The notes beneath the pieces were generated by a model. That model made no database searches. It saw nothing but the letters and a program-made list of their open reading frames with translations, and was not told where the DNA came from. From assembly GCA_019744775.1 (NCBI GenBank), contig JAIETZ010000006.1, positions 41,092-105,091 of the forward strand: a stretch of DNA of 64,000 nt. Reading direction: 5' to 3'. The position numbers and the translations under genes were made by a program. The DNA is from Candidatus Obscuribacterales bacterium (lineage in GTDB: Bacteria; Cyanobacteriota; Vampirovibrionia; Obscuribacterales; Obscuribacteraceae). Position 1 is the stretch's first letter. Each line of letters begins with the position of its first letter. This document shows positions 18,001 through 19,918 of the stretch, one piece after another.

Positions 18001-19619
18001 CCAACCCGAATCCATTTACCTTGAACCTGCAGGCGACAACCTCTTCAACATTTGCCACAGGCGGCGGCTCAATAAATGTGTTTTCTCCCAAAAATGTCAC
18101 CATCGGCATTAGCGGCGGCACACCAACAGACACGGCAACACTTAACTTCACAGGCGGTCCGGCAACCATTACTTCCAACCAAGGAACAACCGTCATCAGC
18201 TCCCGAGTGATAATCAACTCCCAAAACAACATAACATTCAATGTAAATCAAATTACCGTGGGCTCCAGCGGACAAATAAACACTTCCCTCGGCTCGATAA
18301 CTCTGATTGCCGCCACAGGCACTATCAGTATCGGCAATAATGTCACCATGTATGCCAATGAAGGCAACTTGACCATCCAAAATACCGATACATCGGGCGG
18401 CACAATTAATATCGCCAGCGGTGCCAACCTGACCGGCTTTACACTCAGCAATCCAGGCTTAGGCTTTGTCAATATTGTCGTTGGACCAATACCAAGCATG
18501 CCCACTGTCGGCTCGGTGCCCGCCAATGTCATCGTCAACGAATCAGGAGGCGGCATTGTCTACTTCGGCACAAACAGCATTAATGCTGCCGCACCGAATA
18601 ACACGATAAATGCTAAAGGACGCAATGTGGTCTTCAACACAGGCGGACAAGGAGCATCGGCAATTACTCTTGGCGGCAACGTGACCATAACAGCTGATCC
18701 TCCTGAGTTTGTCGCATCGGATACAACCAGCTCCTCCAAACAATTTGCTTTCACCAACCTAAATACCTTTCTACCTGCCGATTCAACCAATCTCAACTCG
18801 CACAGTATCGCCACCACCGTCATTCCATTTGATACCAGTCCTTCATCCACCGTGCAATCAGCCGTGGGCGACGACACAATAAACAACTACGTAAGACAGG
18901 CACTTACTCAGTCCGGTGTTTTGCATAAGCCGACACAAGACAACGATGATGATAATGACGACAACAACCCATACGAACCAATTAGCTATAGCCCATCTGT
19001 TGTGCGCAACAAACGATTCGTGCCGGCAACTCACGCCAATGGACTTTACACTCTGGAAACAGACAACGCATTTATTAAATGCACCAACGGAGCCAGGGTC
19101 AGTATAAAACAACCGACAGTGGTCACTCTCAAATCAGGTGAAGCTCTCATAGCAACTACAAGAGGCAAACAGCAAATCGCCGCCGGTTCCTATACGGTCA
19201 GGGTCAACGCTCAAGCAACCGTAGTTGTTAGTTTTGAAAACAACGTACTTAAGGTCGCCAATATTTACGACAAAAGTCCTTCGTCCGTTCAGGTTGAGAC
19301 TGCCGGTGGCACAGTAAGTTTGGGTGTCGGTGAAGAACTAATTATTGCACCTGACGAAGACACTATTGCAGAAGCTATGCAAAGCGACAAGCTTGGTCGC
19401 CGTAATATCAAATCACACAACCTCCACATCTCTTGTCGCATAACGCACAGCGAAATTTCCCTGGTGTCGCTTTTGGAAAACAATGCCACCGTCAATCAGT
19501 TGGTGTTAAGCCACGATCGGGATGATCGCGCGCTCGCTAATTGCATTCTCAAGACAGCTGCTTGCTTAATGCTGTCCACAGCCAAGCATGGTCCATATCA
19601 AAGTGCTATCCAGAAATAG
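1..19619 (+). CDS. Giant Gly/Thr/Ser/Asn-rich beta-solenoid-type repeat protein, paralogue 1; 5'-partial (true start lies upstream of the window)
   Basis: The ORF track lists 117..19619 (6,500 aa). I translated nt 3-116 in the same frame (pos mod 3 = 0) as GEVSLLAPTGPINITPASGTLGGTTLQGAGSGKGGSIT, with no stop. This matches the repeat seen again near nt 690-830 (SLSLFAPFGAITITPASGTLGG...), so the Met at 117 is internal. TAG stop at 19617-19619. Paralogous segments differ mainly at synonymous sites. Confidence 0.92.
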   Translation, partial: GEVSLLAPTGPINITPASGTLGGTTLQGAGSGKGGSITMVSTTLSLTNNYILNVNGGSSGSGGSVSITTLGSTGSIAVGSSSGQFDITANGGSGASVIGGNIRLSAGQNLTITAPASNLTVAPTSGTGGSLTLIAGTAASGNLSVSAALSANAGGTGSGGSITIITNSTTAFNTNSNSGGNGVTGGITANAAGTGSGGSISITNLQGGITVSSLTSVSATAATTGKGGSLSLFAPFGAITITPASGTLGGATGFNGIGTTGGGGLISMSAGSFSLTNNYTLSVNSGASAITGGTVSLTTTGQAAPLTIGSGSGAFAISATGGTNSTTPTNISVLTAGNLTITSASLSTTQSSGRGPNIVLTAGVTGSGFIAVTGGLSANGVTSGSGGTITLTMNTTNVFNVGGGGTGTTAAITANAVGTGNGGTISINNLGTAGGISLSSLANVSVNSSTSGDGGNLTLYVPFGTLTLPSAGNLSANASGSNFKGGSIFLQSSAISYSSSGVLTLNANAGTGTANGGSISVVTGNPTSDITVGSSSGNIALSARGGLTGGDGGIIFLSAGRNLTIDPSGTNFVVGPQAGTGKGADITFRADSAGAGTVRITGTTSFSANGLGSGNGGKISISSGNIIDLSALSSLSVNGGTSGSGGQLSLETSSFSYPASAALAINANGNSSGNGGIITISTTNAAVSVGSSAGNISISAVSGASGGNGGQVTISSGQGLTINAASLSLGPQGTNGNGAVLALSAGTTDTNILTLTGSLLGLSGAGTGLAGQLTLTSAHNGTLTIGNATIAANAGSTSNGNGGQILITSGTGSLTMSNTALSANGAGTGAGGLISLTGGSTSIASGTITAAAGATSGNGGQLTLSSTILSISGGTLALSANGTGTGNGGSISIASTSTFTGFAIGSASGNLTISAVSGAGGGNGGTVSLVSGWDLSIDPSGGNLNIGPQGSYGNGALLTLSAGRNLAISSTLSVNGIGAGSGGSVSINTSSVTTFTIGSSTTNGVNGNITANAGSTYGSSGGSIAITNNGSGGITLNAFNNLSVAGASGGGTTGSITLKAINSLLTLPSGTWNMSATAGTSPSPGVGSGNFDGGKLTLQGNTLSFSGTLTLNADAVASGNGGNVSITTTTNLASTVTIGVGSIVVSAQGGSAGSSMGNGGTIAITASQNLIVNTPSSSLLAGPLGRNGNGANISLVAAGQNLFISGSSLSVNASQSAGAIGYGGSITLVSNSNTVFNVAAGATINGFDLAAPAITAAGGAGSGAGGSITIRNISTGGISISAGNSLTVTPVSGKGGTIVLDTSNGVGGVANGAITLPGNATINVNAVSASGDFAGGNYVINGSTVTTSSANPVTIQARGINFGNGGAVSVTAASGGLTINSTAAVGNIIISAVSGTNGGNGGSVNLKAGGNITITTPNSNLNVAPAVNGNGGSITLNATNVVVNTSGFTTVTQGMGFGAGGTVSITTNSSTAFNVGTAGTNGIAGGINVSAGSTSGNAGSISIINNGGGITVGAVGNLTATASSGGGRGGSITLTANGALSLPTGTYAVNSVGNNVGGQLNFAGTSLTVSGGTLLTLQGNGSGTGNGGAISLNTGSTAVTVGASNVNMSANGGTNLSDSGDAGSLTIISTGNLTVASASLSARPLGTNGAGGTFNLTGANVAITGALSAAGSGIGAGGQINITSNSSSAFNIGGGTGASGTNGSNAAITANGGNGVSPSGVNGGAIAIRNNGSGGITLPSIANISVNPSGQGGAGGTLQFTATQSTAVLSLPNGTFSVNAIGTGDFNAGKIIINVGQVSVGSGAPLLLAANATGAGAGGTVSVTTTNSTSLGALTIGSASQNLQISAFGGAVGTDSSGTAIANGQITLSAANALNINLSNINAAGPDSVNGNGASLTLAAGTGAPANLQVTNGSIIADATGNGIAGNVSITYNSASPFVIGGTITASGISGNISASTAGTGRAGSVSITNTNASALNVTLTGNISANSALGAPGQINFTPASGQAVNSVSGAGYLNGTVNAGGTSVTINPQTSGAALILGTIATTTGNATLTNNIGGAAVFMSATGSITSGGTGQVSVTGGTVTFYGLVSAATSATISSSGISSVSNVSAANGAVTITGVGNMQILPGSTVASNNGNIKLQNTSTTTGTVTIGQAATLNATEGNLTIENDNTSSGTIAVAANATLSASTASTFLGSVYVVIGPPPAVPVAGTAPANTVATATNLGLIYFGTNSISDTAPTNNVNANGGIVIFNTGSRPASAINLGGSVTVNSTTGSQLLTSLDLTDPAVTSQIINLQTTFRAGGTLTVNGGGVATGGNAIITPSNLASSLTAQNIPASVTLTQQGFTALNPITINITAASHTTQVIISGTNQFLNSGASNAVITVNSNQAGPVVLMNSTGVLSSDGNLSLTANGNMTINAAMPVASTGTLSLATTGNGSIALGANIGTVGATTNLQVSGSGTISQSAGRVFGSLVNLSSDTGNIFGTSNSPSTPILTTATNTLTVNTTAGGSGSAYVSNAGAISIGTSLVGNSLQIATTGANAHLTNSGTVTANTGLLQLSANGNLTTSYALSGNTLNMQTTSGSGAITLNADAVGTNGATVSCCASTFTIAAGQTLSTSNAAISITATDIVLSGSVNAGTSTVSLIPCTNSQAIRVGGATAVGGSFNATASNLNSITASAVTIGSASGTGGITLAGNLTMPASGTPGVTAGLYDLNLLNGGAGGTYNGSGNSINMQGESLTITTAGALNTGAGSILTSTGVINLTGAGVTIGTGGISQSGASTINIATPGASTANITFNGTVSTAAGGTVNVTSNSSGNIVDGTGVGGTAVAGGSLVVRATGTGSVGSAGTPFSTTATNLTANATGGSVFINNTSSSTVNLQNAAVGGTQNAAAVTYSVTAAQNLTTVDSFGTIRNVSLVSTNGVVDLTGILSTGTISNSGGNFTVSAGTNIVAPGDVSPTTLNTTGAAGTNGTSGGAGTIGGNITLTAGTISNSGFIDLPNLTLTSNGGQGGTASSSGNTGGLGGNGGTVSVSATGAITLAAINNNGGLGGNNTSTSGGTGGRGGNGGSTTVNSTVSGAVTLGALSVAGALGGNGSSSGSNGTGGRGGNGGTLTVTSNSGTVGITGNLSTAGANGGPGATQGIGGTGGNQSITTTNFGSIAIVGNLTSSGGTGSTVGQPGAITVSANSNFAGQGFAGPSSPVGINGYIVAQAGGTSRSAINGTAGIITLSGNDVAIYGTTLNVSGTNYSIYGGRLVNITSPGAKLPQNYSSASNLSSTNIITNPITAVGFDAYDPGATFTLGTSGSTGNIASRINGTNDTITINTSPNAGHPAARNILDSSPQVFTGGSAVFTYKDSANVVHSVTQSSSITAAELIALIQTQYSSSQTLIVDTTSTPIATGGSFNIAAVNFPTATDNGGNFSTLVIPASVTANVVTTTIIPANGSTVGPITVSGTLSFNAISGGSSGGINAAGNITTAGTGIITSSQTGTVSLTSTANSIGSLATPLAINLSNLTLNAANGSVFANNQLAAGDITIGNSSANSSTGSFCFNATTTSGNILSASSTTISASKVGLSTANGNIGTATSLVSLNTPVLSASAPNGSSYITDSARVTLQDCCSIANGVSASGIFYLIDTNNAGAGTTAIAFSGPTAISAGSLVLRASVSGDIGSAGTPIVTTAGNITANAVAGSVYINDTSSANVNLQNTNVNGVIQNSASVVFSLTTSQSLTTVNAFSSIRSVALTSTNAAVDLTGTLSSGTISTNGGSFTVSAGTDILAPGDITPTTLNTTGTNGSNGTSTGGNGTIGGAITLTAGTGSGTGTINLPNLSLVATGSNGGTASSAGGTGGQGGAGGTISISTPGSITLSAITSNGGTGGNNTNASGGTGGLGGNAGSVTINSTNSGTITLGALSASGSVGGNGSSGSVGIGGKGGNGGSLTVTSASGAVSTTGNITTTGANGGTGTTQGNGGTGGAQSITTTNLGSIAITGNLTSSGGTGPTVGQPGAITVSANTNYAGLGLGGPASPVGINGYILAQAGGTSRSALTAGAGAINLSGNAVAIYGTPINISGTNYSIYGGSSITINSPGANLPQNYASASNLGSTNIIANPITATGFSANNPSATFTLGTSGSKGNIASRINGTADTITINTAPNGGHPAAHNILDSSPQVFTGGTVAFIYKDNNNVTHTVNASSSITAAELVALIQTQYLGTQTLIVDGSATPIAIGGSFNIAAVNFPTATDNGGNFSTLIIPAGVTANVTTTTLIPANGSTIGPITVNGTLSFNAISGGSSGGINAAGNITTSGAGLITSSQTGTVSLTSTANSIGSLATPLAVSLSNLALNAANGSVFANNQLASGDITLNNSSANASTGSFCFTATITTGNILTAVGNTISANRIGLSSSNGNIGTAASPTAVNTPILSSYAPNGSSFITDSAKVTLQDCCSLGNGVSSSGIFYLASTNNAGAGVAAISFAGPTAISAGTLVLRATVSGDIGSSGTPIVTTAGNLTANAASGSVYLNNTSSGNVNLQSTNVNGTVQNSASNTFSLTTSQNLTTVNAFSTIKNVTLTSTNGSVDLSGTVSSGTVNTNGGNFIITAGTNIIAPSNSTPVTINNSSSGANGGSFTLTAGTTSAGGIINIPNISLTSGGGTGNINLTATAGTTNNGNITTAALTTTGANGTSGATGTAGFQGGNVTINGKAITTGAITLNGGTGGASSAASGGIGGLGGVLTISAAGNSSIGAITNNGGVGGQSMQNLTGSTGGIGGAGGDVIITSSTGTLSVGAIQANGGNGGSQTTAGQTGGVGGAGGDVTITATAGLTVTSASTNGGTGGSETSATTGKGGAGGLGGTLSLVSASSTVTSGTVTALGGAGGNASGTAGIGGNGNLGGNIAVESHASGVTITGNVDSSGGLSGTGAGGNGTPGQPAGNADDESILIAGVGAVSISGYVAASAGGSSANVITAINANITLLGKTVALPATGTALFGGAGGYNAYGGSGMTIISPGVISSLTQYSSNGDLSANAGTVPMVTFTGQAFVVGTTPLANSMGAAFALGTKSGGILSINGTNAANPVNGSSPVRSFQGNLVVIYNGNDFLSISPSQNVTPAQWVAAVQVAAASTQIVTLNPNGAGDAIANSFTLSDANYPLITPAGGTTNTFTNIYVPEGVTAFVTATSANNAVTSSGNVTINGILNYQAGSSGTLSATGTGAIITANGTITTASGPLTVSATGSGSSLVITSTGTISATSGNVTVQSPTINNNGLITSSNANGITSVQNSGALTLTGSGLITQTGSGIPSIVVQTTSAAAINMNGNWTFNAGSSGTVTLRAQISGASINVGAGTTQTIAGGSALTVSAPQLAMGAGSQIASLKTSGTGITVNNGTLSAPVILIAPSGSSATIGTQGANISISPSFNQTLTFDKSATTLGTLNLNTQGLGSVTMTTNANTTINALTLVQTDSNVTMNVNGGNSATINGGLTTSMASANLLIQSSTSLTLAGTGSLSVTGGGSSYITVQAQGANPLTVSASLTYNADFNTFVQLQSKASGGSVIVGSGTTQTINGSAYGQLIAPQITFNGAATVNNSGGYLDLTGDQLSTSITLTNNTNVTLNVSGGVTFIGSYASQALVINKTAGANSATLQINNEVQTFSYGANTTIAAGVILSSNNNITVSVDGGMLTTNGTITTSAVGGTIALGSLDANTTLAGTPQGITATGGGGSVILVQAGGIGHTLAINGSQSFNAGTDGSVTFIADTLSMNTSITASSTSSPLAFFGQNVNLNGGAVISGTNSVSFFASGGSNTLTITSPDATSAQIVSSSGQIVFQGQSIVFAKSSGGNTTFLNLNNSPTYIQSVGGNVTINPSVTVRSNNDITLQANNGVSFNINGTLESTKNGGLIDISGTAGMTIAGSSTGTIKVSGSGANSIRVIGFDSGLTLNNSLILDAGAAGTALIGAAVGSMTMAAGKTINFANSTQGNVQATTLLLSGNNTITGSKTSGTALNIFSSNPNPFTLNLQATTSSTFATGGGSINVFSPKNVTIGISGGTPTDTATLNFTGGPATITSNQGTTVISSRVIINSQNNITFNVNQITVGSSGQINTSLGSITLIAATGTISIGNNVTMYANEGNLTIQNTDTSGGTINIASGANLTGFTLSNPGLGFVNIVVGPIPSMPTVGSVPANVIVNESGGGIVYFGTNSINAAAPNNTINAKGRNVVFNTGGQGASAITLGGNVTITADPPEFVASDTTSSSKQFAFTNLNTFLPADSTNLNSHSIATTVIPFDTSPSSTVQSAVGDDTINNYVRQALTQSGVLHKPTQDNDDDNDDNNPYEPISYSPSVVRNKRFVPATHANGLYTLETDNAFIKCTNGARVSIKQPTVVTLKSGEALIATTRGKQQIAAGSYTVRVNAQATVVVSFENNVLKVANIYDKSPSSVQVETAGGTVSLGVGEELIIAPDEDTIAEAMQSDKLGRRNIKSHNLHISCRITHSEISLVSLLENNATVNQLVLSHDRDDRALANCILKTAACLMLSTAKHGPYQSAIQK
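3..6450 (+). repeat. A-type superrepeat array (~230 aa, ~690-730 nt per unit; at least 8 units, continuing upstream)
   Basis: A motif block recurs: GG-x-[IV]-[ST]-[IL]-x-[ST]-N-[ST]-x-x-x-F-N-x-G, then ITANA-x-G-x-G-x-GG-[ST]-I-[ST]-I-x-N-x-G-x-GGI[ST]. The GGI anchors lie near nt 610, 1290, 3090, 3820, 4520, 5195 and 5900. SLTNNY(I/T)L(N/S)VN(G/S)G occurs at ~135 and ~825. Confidence 0.75.
6453..6818 (+). other. Internal copy of the C-terminal cap motif inside gene 1
   Basis: Internal sequence: TIGQAATLNATEGNLTIENDNTSSGTIAVAANATL...VYVVIGPPPAVPVAGTAPANTV...LIYFGTNSISDTAPTNNVNANGGIVIFNTGSRPASAINLGGSVTVNS. It aligns residue by residue with the terminal cap at 18326-18698: SIGNNVTMYANEGNLTIQNTDTSGGTINIASGANL...VNIVVGPIPSMPTVGSVPANVI...IVYFGTNSINAAAPNNTINAKGRNVVFNTGGQGASAITLGGNVTITAD. 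Confidence 0.75.
8508..10976 (+). repeat. 2.47-kb supermodule, copy 1 (gene 1)
   Basis: It starts at SLVVRATGTGSVGSAGTP (Ser codon 8508). The order is an LVxRA/NLQ lead, then GGxGG glycine rungs, then a GQPGAITV non-repetitive insert, then LVIPASVTANV, then a C-like 169-aa unit. Confidence 0.85.
10977..13448 (+). repeat. 2.47-kb supermodule, copy 2 (gene 1)
   Basis: It starts at SLVLRASVSGDIGSAGTP (Ser codon 10977), 2,469 nt (823 codons) after copy 1. It is collinear with copy 1 along its whole length and shows many synonymous differences. Confidence 0.85.
13449..15520 (+). repeat. 2.47-kb supermodule, copy 3 (gene 1; divergent terminal variant)
   Basis: It starts at TLVLRATVSGDIGSSGTP (Thr codon 13449), 2,472 nt after copy 2. 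It has a longer glycine-rung part and a subtype-II insert (GTPGQPAGNADDESILIAG...TPAQWVAAVQV...IYVPEGVTAFV). It then joins the C-terminal module. Confidence 0.75.
16473..18704 (+). other. Shared C-terminal beta-helix module of gene 1 (ends at the ITADPP cap)
   Basis: It is collinear with gene 2 (28495-30733) and gene 3 (61240-63465). Examples are YITVQAQGANPLTVSASLTYNA, GYLDLTGDQLST, FIGSYASQALVINKTAGAN, NPNPFTLNLQA, SNQGTTVISSRVIINSQNN and MYANEGNLTIQNT. ITADPP lies at 18687-18704. Confidence 0.85.
19017..19356 (+). other. FecR-like beta domain (inferred) near the C-terminus of gene 1, followed by a helical tail to 19616
   Basis: The sequence is FVPATHANGLYTLETDNAFIKCTNGARVSIKQPTVVTLKSGEALIATTRGKQQIAAGSYTVRVNAQATVVVSFENNVLKVANIY..VQVETAGGTVSLGVGEELII. 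Its alternating beta-strand pattern fits my memory of the FecR family (PF04773). No HMM search was run. Confidence 0.4.
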
Positions 19620-19749
19620 TTTCATTCTGCACCCACTTAATCGTGCTTAAAAGCACTGGTTAGTTGTAAACGCTCTCAAATGCACAAGAGCTTAATTGCA
19701 AAATACCAGTTGCGAATTACATCTTGCAGTTCTACAAAAACTTCACAAG

Positions 19750-19762
19750 TTAAATATATAAT
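19750..19762 (+). promoter_or_regulatory. AT-only motif TTAAATATATA(AT) shared by both spacers; contains TATAAT (19757-19762). Candidate -10 region for gene 2
   Basis: The same 11-mer TTAAATATATA occurs at 31740-31750, upstream of gene 3. I found no convincing -35 hexamer at 16-18 nt spacing. Confidence 0.3.
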
Positions 19763-19843
19763 TCTCACAGAACCTATGAAAGAAAGTTCTGTCACTTCTA
19801 TATAGCACCCTGACTTACTCAGTCCCCTGTGCCCGGAATCCCA

Positions 19844-19918
19844 ATGAAGAAATCCCTACTAGCACTACCCCTGGCATTTTTGCTGACGTTCAATTATCTG
19901 CCTCTGCCGCTTCAAGCT
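19844..19918 (+). other. Sec-type signal peptide of gene 2
   Basis: The sequence is MKKSLLALPLAFLLTFNYLPLPLQA/QEAP, with two Lys followed by a ~20-residue hydrophobic stretch. The cleavage site is uncertain by a few residues (LQA|QE or QEA|P). There is no lipobox Cys. Confidence 0.65.

Noticed and set aside
18705-19616. An autotransporter beta-barrel, RTX/T1SS signal, LPXTG, PEP-CTERM or T9SS C-terminal domain at the C-terminus.
   Set aside because: The region is only ~300 aa. It contains a charged linker, a FecR-like beta segment and a helical tail ending in ...HGPYQSAIQK (gene 1) or ...HGAYTDDIKGGQ (gene 2). I saw no terminal aromatic residue or long amphipathic barrel, no GGxGxD repeats, no LPXTG, no PEP motif with a transmembrane/Arg tail, and an N-terminal Sec leader is present.
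19643-19656. The hairpin GTGCTT-aa-AAGCAC after the gene 1 stop as an intrinsic terminator.
   Set aside because: It has only 5-6 bp with a 2-4-nt loop and no downstream T-tract, so it is too weak to annotate as a terminator.
19680-19805. A 41-codon ORF in spacer 1 (MHKSLIAKYQLRITSCSSTKTSQVKYIILTEPMKESSVTSI).
   Set aside because: It is short, overlaps the putative promoter motif and hairpin, has no recognisable features, and a chance ORF is plausible in an AT-rich spacer.
19829-19843. The GTG at 19829 as the start of gene 2 (ORF-track start).
   Set aside because: It adds only MPGIP in front of a perfect signal-peptide start (MKK...) at ATG 19844. Neither start has a Shine-Dalgarno sequence. 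I prefer the ATG, but the GTG cannot be excluded.
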